Shown in pieces: positions 30,925 through 41,031 of a stretch of 64,000 bases of DNA. Position 1 is the stretch's first letter; every line of letters begins with the position of its first letter. The DNA comes from Naegleria gruberi (Eukaryota): NCBI GenBank assembly GCA_000004985.1, contig GG738918.1; one strand, given 5' to 3'. Both the position numbers and the translations under genes were made by a program. Below the pieces are notes generated by a model. That model was given only the letters and a program-made list of their open reading frames with translations, had not been told where the DNA came from and did not search any database.

Positions 30925-31330
30925 TCATTTTGTAATTATTAAATTTTAGGACAAATTCAAATCCAAATATATTGAATATAGCACTCATTGTACGTGCCAT
31001 TATTGTTGTCTACTGTAATAGATGACACACCTTGTGAGTGCACGTTGTAAAGTATGATCCCAACAGACAACCCTCCTCTACAAAAATTAAAAAGAATTCC
31101 AATCAAGTTATGATTCAAATAAAATACAAATTATTTAAAATTGTTGTGAAAATTTGTAAAAATTCAATTTATTACACGTTCAATGAAAATTGAAAACAAA
31201 CCATTGAAGCCAAACAAAACTTTTCATTGTAAAATTTTCAGTTCTCTTTGTCGCTTATTTAAATTAATTTAAGCGCTAGCTATTTTAATTCATTTCATCC
31301 AATTTTAGAATCATTTCCAAGACAAAAAAA

Positions 31331-32073
31331 ATGGTTGCACAAAACTTGATTCTCATTGTTGGTGATTATGGTGAGTGTTCATTCCTTGCTGATGATGATG
31401 ATTTATTAAATTTTAATATTATTTATTATTGAATAAATTTAATGGATGAATTGACAATTAATTCATTATCGGATTAATCAATTAATTTAATTAATGATGA
31501 TGATGATCGGATCAAATAGTTGAGGACTATGAAGCTATGGTTCCTTATCAAGCCTTGACCATGGTTGGTCACTCTGTTAGTGTCATTTCTCCAGGAAAGA
31601 AGAAGGGTGATAAGGTTGTCACTGCAATTCATGATTTCTTACCTGGTGAACAAACTTACACTGAATTGAAGGGACATAATTTTGCTATTACTGCTGATTT
31701 TGATGATGTTCTCTCAAATTTGGATAATTTTGGAGGGTTGATTCTTCCTGGAGGTAGATGTTCTGAATATTTGAGATTGCATGATAATGTTTTGACAATT
31801 GTCAAGCATTTCCTTGAAAAGAAAAAGCCAATTGCTGCCATTTGTCATGGACCTTTGATTTTGACACCATTCCCAGAACATTTGAAGGGAAAGAGAATTA
31901 GTGCCTATTTTGCTTGTAAACATGATATTCAAAATACTGGTGCTGAATATGTTCAATGTGGAGCTGAAGATGCCGTAGTTAGTGATAATATTGTCACTGG
32001 TGTTGCTTGGCCTGGACATCCAAAGTGGTTGAGAGCATTCTTGGATTTGTTAGGTACTACCATTACCTTATAA
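31331..32073 (+). CDS. DJ-1/PfpI family (class I glutamine amidotransferase-like) protein. It has two exons, with an intron at 31371-31519.
   Basis: Exon 1 reads MVAQNLILIVGDY. It joins through GTGAGT...AAATAG to VEDYEAMVPYQAL, the canonical PfpI/DJ-1 N-terminus. The nucleophile-elbow motif IAAICHGP is present. Confidence 0.8.
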
Positions 32074-32329
32074 ATTATTTCTCAATTATTTCGAATAGAA
32101 TTAAACACACTTTGATTTTTTATGATGCATCATTTTGGAGCTAGGTCAAGAGTTTCCGAAATACCTGGAAATGTGAATATCAATATTACAATTCATTACT
32201 TTGGCAGCTATTTGTAGTTTGAAAAGTAATGATGATACCAATGGGTTTGATGGTACCTGTTTGCTTTTGTGTAAATTTCAATAGAACTCCATTTCTTTTA
32301 TGCTTCAAATTCAATTCTAAAAAAATAAG

Positions 32330-33799
32330 ATGACGACCTCTCTTCCCAAAAGCCATCATTTATTGCTCCTTGCACTCATCATCATCATCTTGGTGTCTGT
32401 TATATCAACAAATTGTGAATTATCCTCCCAACAACCAACCATCAAAATTAAAGATGAAAAATTGAGAAAGTTATTGAACAGAGATCGGATTGAAATTGGC
32501 CAATTATTCAACATGTATCAAGGAAGAAAGGATATCAAATTTGTTAATAGTAATAATAAGAAGGCAACTGATGCCAAGTTTTCACCATTGATTGCTGTAG
32601 GAGGGTTGGGTGGATCTGCACTCATGTCCAAGAGAGATCATGCTGTGAATGAACCTCATTGGTGGTGTGAAAAGACAACCAGAGATCCATTTCAAATTTG
32701 GATGTCTTTGGAAGAGTTAGTTCCATTCTTTACTGAGGATTGTTTCGTTCATGACATGTCTATTGAGTTGAAAGATGGATTGTTGAGACAGAAAGATAGT
32801 GGAGTGAGAATTTTTGGAAAGGACATTGGTGGAATGGGTGGTTTGGAATCAGTTTTTGCTCAATTGGAAAGTAAGGCCTACTATATGAAATATTTATCTG
32901 ATTATTTGGTCAAGTATGGAAATTTTCAAATTGGAAAGAGTTTGAGAGGTCTCACAATTGATTGGAGATTGGGTGTTAAAGAATGGTCCAATAATAATAA
33001 CACAATTGGAGGTGATTTTTACACATTGAAATCATTGGTTGAGGATACCTATTACAAGAATGGAAATTTGAAAGTTTCCCTTCTTGGGCATAGTATGGGA
33101 GGTCCTTTCTTACAATATTTTTTGGCAAACTTTGTCAACCAAGTGTGGAAAGATCAATATATTTCAAATTTCATTCCACTATCTGGTGCTTTTGATGGTA
33201 GTCCAATTGCATTGATATTGTACATGACAGGAACCAATTGGGGACTTCCAATATTCGAATTGGAAAATGCCAGAAAGATTCTTCACCAATATCCATCACC
33301 ATTGTACATGTCTCCAAATTATTCACCATTCCAGTATCCATTTTTCACATATAACAATACTAAAGTGGTCAAGAATTATGAATCTTCTTCATTGGCAGAC
33401 ATTGAAAAATTCATGACAGATGCCAAAATTAAGAATGGTTTCGAATTGTATCAACATGAATACTCTGCTTATAAGTATAATAAGATTGCTGCTCCAAATG
33501 TCACCACTCATTGTTTGTATGGATATGGCATCCCAACTATCACTCACGTTGAATATTCAGGTCCAAAGGAAATGAGTGAATTGAATTTCAATGACCTAGT
33601 TCATGGAATGAATATTTTGAAAGTGGAAGATGGAGATGGAGTTGTTCCATCCTATTCTCTTCAAATTTGTGATGAATTTGCTAAATATCAGAAACAACCA
33701 GTTTATATTCATCGTTTCTTCAATGCAAGTCATACTGGAATTATTTATGAAGAAAAAACATTTGAAACTTTATTGGAAATATTGAAAGTTAATAATTAA
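32330..33799 (+). CDS. LCAT-family phospholipase/acyltransferase (lysosomal PLA2 / PLA2G15-like), secreted.
   Basis: There is an N-terminal signal peptide. The lipase motif reads LLGHSMGG and the catalytic His/Asp region reads EDGDGVV. It is collinear with the LCAT/LPLA2 family. Confidence 0.75.
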   Translation: MTTSLPKSHHLLLLALIIIILVSVISTNCELSSQQPTIKIKDEKLRKLLNRDRIEIGQLFNMYQGRKDIKFVNSNNKKATDAKFSPLIAVGGLGGSALMSKRDHAVNEPHWWCEKTTRDPFQIWMSLEELVPFFTEDCFVHDMSIELKDGLLRQKDSGVRIFGKDIGGMGGLESVFAQLESKAYYMKYLSDYLVKYGNFQIGKSLRGLTIDWRLGVKEWSNNNNTIGGDFYTLKSLVEDTYYKNGNLKVSLLGHSMGGPFLQYFLANFVNQVWKDQYISNFIPLSGAFDGSPIALILYMTGTNWGLPIFELENARKILHQYPSPLYMSPNYSPFQYPFFTYNNTKVVKNYESSSLADIEKFMTDAKIKNGFELYQHEYSAYKYNKIAAPNVTTHCLYGYGIPTITHVEYSGPKEMSELNFNDLVHGMNILKVEDGDGVVPSYSLQICDEFAKYQKQPVYIHRFFNASHTGIIYEEKTFETLLEILKVNN

Positions 33800-33873
33800 T
33801 GTACTTTAATTCAATGTAATTTTATAAACAAATTAATCTCTCAGAAAGAAATGAAATCAATTATTTGAAATGA

Positions 33874-34748
33874 TTAGTCATTATCGTATGGATTGATATA
33901 TTGTAAAACTCGGGCAACATTTTTGGAAACAATATTCTTTACAACCTTGTTAAGTGGATTCTTTCTCAAGGAATAATCCAATTCGAATCTGATATCTTCC
34001 TTTACTTTCTCTGCAATTTCAATTAATTTCTTATCAGATTTCAAACTATCAGAAGCAAATTTAAGTGCATTTCCATCTTGTAAAATTGCTTTCAGAACTA
34101 TCTCTCTATTATTTCTCATATCATTTGAAGCAAATTTTAAAGCACTTCCCTTATTCGAAACTGCTTCCAAAACAACACGTCTGTCCTTTCTCAATTTCTT
34201 TGAAGCAAACTCCAGATTATTTCCATTAATTTTTACAACTTTTAAAACCAATTCCAAATCATTTTTCAATTCACTTGAAGCATATCTGAAAGAATTAGTA
34301 ATACAACGAGTTTCAACACGAAATACTTATCATTTCGTAAAATAGGTGAAGCATATTCAAACGCATGATAATTTTGCTTTACAGCTGCCAAAACAATATC
34401 CCTGTCATTTCTCAAACTGTCAGATGCAAATTGAAGAGCACTTCCATATTGAGAAACAGCCAACTTGACAATTTCTTTATCATTTTTCAATCTATCAGAA
34501 GCATAGGATAGTGAATATCCATTTCTTTTAACAGCTTGTGAAATAATTTGTCTATTGTTTCGTACATCATGAGGAGCATTTTTCAACACATGAACATTAC
34601 TCACAATGCGACTTGAATAATCATCAATCGATTCTGGAATTTCGGAAGATGTGAAATTATGTGCAATGATCGGAACTAGATGATGATAGATTTGCTCTAA
34701 TCTATTTCTTCTCATTTTTTTTTGTAAAATAATTTGAAGGTTTTTCAA
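33874..34748 (-). CDS. DUF4116 repeat protein, with at least five approximately 36-aa repeats (LKFAS..L+.D+EIVLKAV.Q.G.AL). It has two exons, with a 41-nt intron at 34286-34326.
   Basis: The repeated motif reads YASDRLKNDKEIVKLAVSQYGSALQFASDSLRNDRDIVLAAV... The minus-strand intron GTATTTCGTG...TTTCAG joins ORFs 34266..34748 and 33874..34269 in frame (...ILRND-K-YASSELKND...). The real ATG is probably MRRNRLEQ at 34715; the ORF-track start is a TTG. Confidence 0.6.
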
Positions 34749-34927
34749 AGAGTTGCCAGCTCACCACCGAGGAAACAATTCACTGATCAAGATCCAATCT
34801 TTGTGTAAAATCCATTAAAAAATCCATTAAAATAGAAATTTTAAAACCAGAACATGCGAATGGTGGTTCAAGTTCAACGCCTTAATAATCAATTTAAGAA
34901 AAAAAAAATCACAACTCGATCTTTGGA

Positions 34928-35326
34928 ATGTCCTCCTCCATTATTATTACTGGTTCAAACACCATCATCACTCTTGAAAGTTTGAAAAGAGGCCAATCGG
35001 AACTGAATTCTCTGAAAAGAAGTGATTATTGTGAAATGGTGTCGTTTTTAAAACCTCCTGCTAGGGTTCAAATTATTTTCACTCTTGTGATGATCTTGTT
35101 GGGAAGGGAAGGAACATTCACAAGTGAGGGATGTTATGAATGGAATGACATGAAGAAGGATATTCATTCTCTTGAATTCCCCCTACTGCTCCAGAGAGTT
35201 GAAGTTGTTTCTAAGGAAACTCTTGATAAGGCCAATGAATTTATCAAGAATCATCGTGATGTGCTTAATCGTTCTGTTTATGCTCCAATGTCATTGGTTG
35301 CGGAAAGAATGTGTGTTTGGGCATGA
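34928..35326 (+). CDS. Small (132 aa) protein resembling the base of the dynein heavy-chain microtubule-binding stalk (Pfam MT-region start).
   Basis: SFLKPPARVQIIFTLVMILLGREG...W.DMKK....LEF...L......SKETLDKANEFIKNHRDV....Y.PMSLVAERMCVWA parallels the dynein HC segment LKSxxxPPxxVxxVxxAVxILLG...W..AKK...-.FL..L..FDK..I........S.AA..LC.W that sits immediately before stalk CC1. It has a true ATG start. Confidence 0.4.
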   Translation: MSSSIIITGSNTIITLESLKRGQSELNSLKRSDYCEMVSFLKPPARVQIIFTLVMILLGREGTFTSEGCYEWNDMKKDIHSLEFPLLLQRVEVVSKETLDKANEFIKNHRDVLNRSVYAPMSLVAERMCVWA

Positions 35327-35366
35327 ATTTTTTCCTCCTTTCTTTATTCGAAATGTTCTTTGGTGT

Positions 35367-37103
35367 TTATTGATTTGATAAGAGTGGTTTAACATGATCT
35401 CTTGGGATGAAATAGACTGGATTCTTATTCATATCAATATAGAACATGGATTGATCAGTTTCCATCTTTGGAAATTCATTTGGATTTTCGTGAACTAATC
35501 TGAAATGTCTAACAATATTAATCAATGAAAATAGAATTTCAGTAGTGGCCACTCTAGATCCAGGACATTTTCTAGCTCCCAAACCAAATGGATTGTGTAC
35601 ATAGTTATTGATTGGGCGACATTCATGACTCTTTTCATATCTTTCTGGAATAAACTCCATCGAATGTGGAATAAACTTTTCAGAATACTTTGGACTCTCA
35701 AAAAAGTGCACGAATGAACCTTTAGGAATCTTATATCCAGCAATCTCCAAATCCTTACTTAAAACTCTCAAACTTGAAGTGTCTATGACGTGATTCAATC
35801 TCATTGATTCATCAATAAAGTTTCTACAAAATTTAAGCTTCTTGAATTGCTCTGCTGTGATAAGCAGATTTCCATTCGTAATTTCATCAATTGATGGCTC
35901 TCCGAAAACTTTGACTAATTCCTCATAGAGTTTCTCCTGATATTTAGTTTCGTGAGCTATTCTATACATGGTAATGGCCATAACTCTGGCTGTGATATCG
36001 ACACCAGCTAAAAGGAAGGAACTGAGTGTGATGGTTGCCATCTCATTACCACGTTCATATTCCTTCGCCTTTTCTTCAATCAATTCTTTCAATCGAGGCA
36101 TTCCAGAAGGATTAGATTCAGTAAATAAATTAATACACATTTTACATCTCTCTATAATGGAAACATAGAGTGTTTTCAATTCTAAATAGTCCTTTCTACG
36201 TAAATACTTGAAGAATGGAATATCAAAAACTGTACGTGTACCAATATCTAAAAATCTCAGTGCATCCTTCACGAATAGATCTCTATCGAATGGTAAGATT
36301 AGAGATTTATCATAGAAATTGGCACCTAAAAAGACCTTTGAAACTGCGTTAAAGGTATATCTGGAGATGAATTGAGTTGGATTTACAATTTGAAAAACAG
36401 GAGAATTGGCAATTGACTTTTTGAAATCTTCATCTTGGATTTGATTCATGGTTGACTGAATGTTTTCAGTTTTTTTCAAATGTTCAATCAAACAATTCAT
36501 AAAACCAGAATTCAATTGAGTCAACTGTGGTAAAGAAATGCTTTCTGACAAATCAGGACGCATGGCAATGTTAAATAAACTTCTAACATCTTGCCAGTTT
36601 TCGTCTGGTTTCATCTCAACTGGGGCCATGATCATATTTTCATCCAATTTAACTTGTCTGAAACCTTTCACATAGAATCTACCTTCATCTTGTTGGGCAA
36701 CCTCTTTCACATAGATTGGATTTGATAGAATGACATTGTTAGCTCCTAACAATTCAAACTTTACAACTTCTCCGTATTCCTTTACCAATTTTTCAAAGTA
36801 AGCTTGTGAATTCTGTGAATGTTTGAAGAATTCCAAAGCATCACCAATTAATGGATATCCTTTAGGTCCTGGAATACTACTATATGGTTTTACCTCTTTC
36901 TTCTCTTTGGAATGATTTCCTGCAAAGGGACATGCTCCTTCATGTTGTTCTAGTTGACCATCTAATTTTGCTGCTGTATTACTGTAAAATCTTACAACAT
37001 TACCACTAAGACATGCATGTTTTGTAACTGATAATCTCTTCAATGCAGAGCAAGGGATCTGATATCTAATCATTTTCTTTCTTTTGTCCATTTGGCTTGG
37101 CAT
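35367..37103 (-). CDS. Cytochrome P450 monooxygenase.
   Basis: The heme-binding Cys loop reads NPFGLGARKCPGSRVA, the K-helix ExxR reads ESMRL, and the I-helix reads AGVDITA. The N-terminus looks like a targeting presequence. Confidence 0.85.
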   Translation of the reverse strand: MPSQMDKRKKMIRYQIPCSALKRLSVTKHACLSGNVVRFYSNTAAKLDGQLEQHEGACPFAGNHSKEKKEVKPYSSIPGPKGYPLIGDALEFFKHSQNSQAYFEKLVKEYGEVVKFELLGANNVILSNPIYVKEVAQQDEGRFYVKGFRQVKLDENMIMAPVEMKPDENWQDVRSLFNIAMRPDLSESISLPQLTQLNSGFMNCLIEHLKKTENIQSTMNQIQDEDFKKSIANSPVFQIVNPTQFISRYTFNAVSKVFLGANFYDKSLILPFDRDLFVKDALRFLDIGTRTVFDIPFFKYLRRKDYLELKTLYVSIIERCKMCINLFTESNPSGMPRLKELIEEKAKEYERGNEMATITLSSFLLAGVDITARVMAITMYRIAHETKYQEKLYEELVKVFGEPSIDEITNGNLLITAEQFKKLKFCRNFIDESMRLNHVIDTSSLRVLSKDLEIAGYKIPKGSFVHFFESPKYSEKFIPHSMEFIPERYEKSHECRPINNYVHNPFGLGARKCPGSRVATTEILFSLINIVRHFRLVHENPNEFPKMETDQSMFYIDMNKNPVYFIPRDHVKPLLSNQ

Positions 37104-37142
37104 TCATGCTGTTTTTATATAAAGTTGAAATGGAAGAGCAAG

Positions 37143-38137
37143 TGCACTGAGAAAATCGTCACTCCGGTCAATGTGCTTTGTTTCTGAGTGGATTATGATT
37201 GACCAATGGTTCTAATTGCGATTGGAGATGAGATTTTTGCAACACCGACAATAAGTTTAAATTCAAATTTGAAACTGTTTTTTTCAAGGTCAGTTTTTGG
37301 AGGTAATTTTGTTTTGGCAAATTAATTGATTGGTTAAGTTGAATAACCAATTTATTTCCTTAGTATTCTCTAAGAAAAATTGGAAGAAGAAAATCAATTA
37401 TTTTGAATGCGGAAGAATGTTTTCTGATAATTTCCAAGTTTCCAGAATGTTTGGATTATTTTAATATTGTTTTCTTGTTGATTCTTATTAAAAGTATTTA
37501 TTTGTATGATAGATATTTCATTGTGTGAATGATAAATGAAAACATGTATCACATTTTGAATTTATGCGAGTGATTGACATGTCACATGTTGAGTCATATG
37601 TGAATGATAAAATTGGCTAATAGAGTACATGTGAATGATTCACATATACTGTATGTGAATGTATAAACAACTCACATAATGTGTTTATTCAATCACAATT
37701 GAAACAATACATTACAATTATCCAGATAAATGGTGGAGCAAATATTCTGAAAATCATCACAGGAAATATTCATGAATCTATTATGGGGTACGTGATGGGT
37801 TTGTTATTTAGTATTATATTAATTTAACTTATTGTGTTTTTTATCTAAAAAAGGGTGGACAAAATGCACCATTGACCGTTGATGTTGGTGTTTCAGGAAT
37901 TGTTAAAATTCTTGATAACTTTAAGGATGAACAAAATGGTACTTTCATTCAACATGATGGAACTCCATTGAATTGGTAATTGATTTTATAAAGTAATCTC
38001 TTTGATTTATCAAATTTTCAATTTTTTAGGATAGGCAGTTATTGAATTAGTTTGGATTGTTGACTATAATTAAAGAGAAAGGTTTATGCAACCAACACAG
38101 AAACAAAGCATTAGGTGGTGACGATTTTCTCAGTGCA
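37143..38137. mobile_element. A ~995-bp segment bounded by a 20-bp perfect inverted repeat (TGCACTGAGAAAATCGTCAC at 37143-37162, GTGACGATTTTCTCAGTGCA at 38118-38137). It contains five or more copies of the motif (C/T)ATGTGAATGA(T) at 37500-37660. It is a candidate MITE or TIR-element relic, or else a structured regulatory module.
   Basis: I compared the two strands directly. No ORF of transposase size lies inside, and no clear target-site duplication is visible. Confidence 0.4.
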
Positions 38138-38274
38138 TTTCAAATATTTATAGCAAGAAGCAACACTTTTTTTAGGTAGCTCAGATAAATGCAAAAAACA
38201 ACTATGGAAATTATGAATACCGATGTATGGTATATTTCATATTAGTCTGATCTTGATCAGTGTGATGGAATGGT

Positions 38275-39939
38275 TCAATGGTTTTGGATTGAAGGTCTGT
38301 AATTAATGAAATAGTCTTTGGAGTGTTCTATTTTGATTCCCTTCTCAACAGTAATATAATTGTAAACACTGGGGTAAGATTTTTTTGGAATCCAAAATAA
38401 TGTCTTTTCCAAGTCTTGTTCAATGCCAGGTACGTTACTAATAAAAATCAAGCCCAGACTTGTTGCAGCAAGTTCCTTATCTTTGCCAGTTAAATATTGG
38501 TTGACAAGTTCTTCATATCCCAGTAGTAGATTGGATTCTAAAAGGCCAGGAATTCCAATAATTTGTTTTCTTGCAATCCAAATAATTGCTAAAGGATATT
38601 CATATTTGTTTTTCAATTGACTGAAAACTTGGAAGGAATCAATCATGTCAATTTCTAAACCTGAAGCCCACAACAATGCCTTGATATTTGATTCATCCAA
38701 GTGATTACTGATATATTTGAAAAAGTTCAAACACTCTTTGTTTCCTTTTCTTGCTGATATAAAGGCATTAAAAAATACTTGTTGAGGAATTCCACATCCA
38801 AACTTGATTTCTTCGATTTTCTTGCTATTTTGTTCATACTCATAAATTTCATTATAAACTATATTAAGGATGTCAGTGTTATAGTTGCTCTCTTCAGATT
38901 CATTTGAAAATAATGACCGACACCAGTACATTCGAATTGGAGTTGATTTTAAACCATTAATATTATTAATTAAACATTCTCTACTATCATCACTAAAATC
39001 TCCTTCATGATCGACAATACTAAACTCTGAAAGGAAATCTGAAATGATTTCTGTCAATCCACGAGATACTGTGAAATAACAGGCCCCAATAAAAGTAATA
39101 ATCTTGTCATCCCTTCTTCCAATAACTGATGATAAGAAAATGTTGCATAATTCTCTGGCAGATTCATTTCCATTTCGAGCTAATCGACACATGTCCAAGA
39201 AACCAGTGCTTACCGATCTAATGTAGTCATAAATTGGAAATCTCACCGATTTCTTTAACTTTTTCATATATTGTTCACATATTCCTTGAATTTGTTTCGA
39301 ATAGTCTCGTTGTGAAATTTCAATTTCCAATATCTTGGAAACTGTCTCTTCAATGGAAGGAATTGTTTTAAAACTTCCTTCAATTTTAAAATTTGATAAA
39401 TCACAAGCATATTGATTGCAATTATTCCTTGCTTCATGAAACAATTTTTGATAACATGAAAGAACAGTTGGTGAAGATTTACAACTGATAGTATCCGAGT
39501 GATAGAGCATTTCTGGATATTCCTCTGTTAAAACGAACAACTTTCCAACAAGTTCCTTCATTGAATGTTTGCTTAGTTCATGTTGAAATTCACCTCCATC
39601 TACAATAAATTGGCACAACACTTGCTTGGAAGTATAAGTTTTCCAAACAAGCTGATAACGGTAATTAGGAAATGTTTCGAACAAGACACAAAAACATTCA
39701 TCCCTTTCGTTCCATTCAATATGAAATGCTCTTCTTTCTTCTCCCGCATCATTTCTTATGCTCAAGTTCTTCCTAATGTTTCCGATATTATCATCCAACT
39801 GTTGTGATGGCTTTGCTAATTTATGATCGACAAATAGCAATGCAAACTCAGCTACAAACATTGAAGCTGATGTTTTACGTTTGGAAAATACAAACAAGCC
39901 TCCTTTTTCTTTTGCTTTGATAGCTTTGAATTTGAACAT
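38275..39939 (-). CDS. Hypothetical protein (554 aa) with no recognisable domain.
   Basis: It is a long ORF with coding-like composition and an ATG start. Confidence 0.45.
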   Translation of the reverse strand: MFKFKAIKAKEKGGLFVFSKRKTSASMFVAEFALLFVDHKLAKPSQQLDDNIGNIRKNLSIRNDAGEERRAFHIEWNERDECFCVLFETFPNYRYQLVWKTYTSKQVLCQFIVDGGEFQHELSKHSMKELVGKLFVLTEEYPEMLYHSDTISCKSSPTVLSCYQKLFHEARNNCNQYACDLSNFKIEGSFKTIPSIEETVSKILEIEISQRDYSKQIQGICEQYMKKLKKSVRFPIYDYIRSVSTGFLDMCRLARNGNESARELCNIFLSSVIGRRDDKIITFIGACYFTVSRGLTEIISDFLSEFSIVDHEGDFSDDSRECLINNINGLKSTPIRMYWCRSLFSNESEESNYNTDILNIVYNEIYEYEQNSKKIEEIKFGCGIPQQVFFNAFISARKGNKECLNFFKYISNHLDESNIKALLWASGLEIDMIDSFQVFSQLKNKYEYPLAIIWIARKQIIGIPGLLESNLLLGYEELVNQYLTGKDKELAATSLGLIFISNVPGIEQDLEKTLFWIPKKSYPSVYNYITVEKGIKIEHSKDYFINYRPSIQNH

Positions 39940-40036
39940 TTTTTTATTAAGGAAACACCATGTTGCTGCAGTTTGTAGCGTTCTAGATAGTTAACGCAGC
40001 GAATAATATTGATAAACATAAAGTTAAGAAAGTGAA

Positions 40037-40155
40037 TGGCTACGGCCATATCACGATGAATGCACCTCATCCCGTCCGATTTGAGAAGTTAAGCATCGTA
40101 GAGCCACATCAGTACTGAGGTTGGAGACAACTTGGGAACCTGTGGTGCTGTAGTC
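40037..40155 (+). rRNA. 5S ribosomal RNA gene (nuclear type), followed by a TTTTT Pol III terminator.
   Basis: GGCTACGGCCATATCACGATGAATGCACCTCATCCCGTCCGATTTGAGAAGTTAAGCATCGTAGAGCCACATCAGTACTGAGGTTGGAGACAACTTGGGAACCTGTGGTGCTGTAGTC contains the universal 5S blocks (GGCCATA.CAC, CCCGTCCGAT.TG, GAAGTTAAGC, AGTAC, GGGAAC). The terminal helix I is complementary and a T5 run follows immediately. The ends are accurate to about 3 nt. Confidence 0.85.
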
Positions 40156-40220
40156 TTTTTATGATTATTTATTGAATTCAAATTACAATTCAAAAATGTT
40201 GAAATATAATTATTTCATTG

Positions 40221-40859
40221 TTAATGTTGTCCTGAAACAGCTTTCCATGAAGGTCTTGATGAAATCTTTTCCCACCAAGCTTTAACATGTGGACGATCCA
40301 ATAACAAATTACCCAATCCAATGGCAAACAACAAGTTTCCGTATGGCAAATGATACAAATCGGCTAAGGTAAATTGATTTCCACCAATGAATTCTTGTTT
40401 GGCCAATACTCTTTCATAGGCATCCAAATTGAGAGACAACTTTTCACTCAATTGCTTGACACGAGCTTCGTCGGCAGCTCCATATCCCATCATTCCCTTA
40501 AATAACTTTTCAAAGACTAAACCAGATGCGTTAGAATCAAAGTAAGCAGTTTCAATGGAAGCTCCTTGTTCAAATAAACCCAAAGCTTTGAGCTCAGTTG
40601 GAATAAGTTCAGTTCCTTTACTCTTGTGTTTGGCTTCCAAATAACGACAGATGGCTCGTGATTCATAAATCAAGAAACCATCATCTTCCAAGACTGGAAT
40701 GACACCAAATGGGTGCTTTTCCAAGTAGGATGGTGATTTATGTTCTCCCTTCATCAAATCAACTGGTACAAGTTCGAATTCTAAACCTTTCTCTTTAATT
40801 GTTGTCAAAACACGTTGAACACAAGTAGATTGAGCAGCACCATAAATTTTGTAGACCAT
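40221..40859 (-). CDS. Glutathione S-transferase (cytosolic, theta/phi-like).
   Basis: The N-terminal thioredoxin-like GST domain reads MVYKIYGAAQSTCVQRVL...HPFGVIPVLEDDGFLIYESRAICRYL. A C-terminal helical domain follows. Confidence 0.8.
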   Translation of the reverse strand: MVYKIYGAAQSTCVQRVLTTIKEKGLEFELVPVDLMKGEHKSPSYLEKHPFGVIPVLEDDGFLIYESRAICRYLEAKHKSKGTELIPTELKALGLFEQGASIETAYFDSNASGLVFEKLFKGMMGYGAADEARVKQLSEKLSLNLDAYERVLAKQEFIGGNQFTLADLYHLPYGNLLFAIGLGNLLLDRPHVKAWWEKISSRPSWKAVSGQH

Positions 40860-41031
40860 TTTGTTGTAGTAATGTAAAGTTGTTTTTTTTGTGATTAGAA
40901 ATGCATGCTATTGAAATGCCATTTATGGTGGATTCTGTATCCGAAACCAAAGCGCTATCGTGAGCACTAATTTTAATGATCTTAGGAAATGTCGCAATAA
41001 ATGGTTTGCATTACATCCTCTTTGAAACAAC

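Noticed and set aside
31371-31519. ATGATGATGATG and ATTAATCAATTAATTTAATTAAT palindromic strings inside the DJ-1 intron
   Set aside because: This is low-complexity AT-rich intron sequence. Nothing indicates function.
37790-37980. Annotating the MGGGQNAPLTVD... two-exon micro-ORF as a gene
   Set aside because: It is only about 43 codons long, with no homology and a weak start context. I mention it only inside the TIR-element finding.
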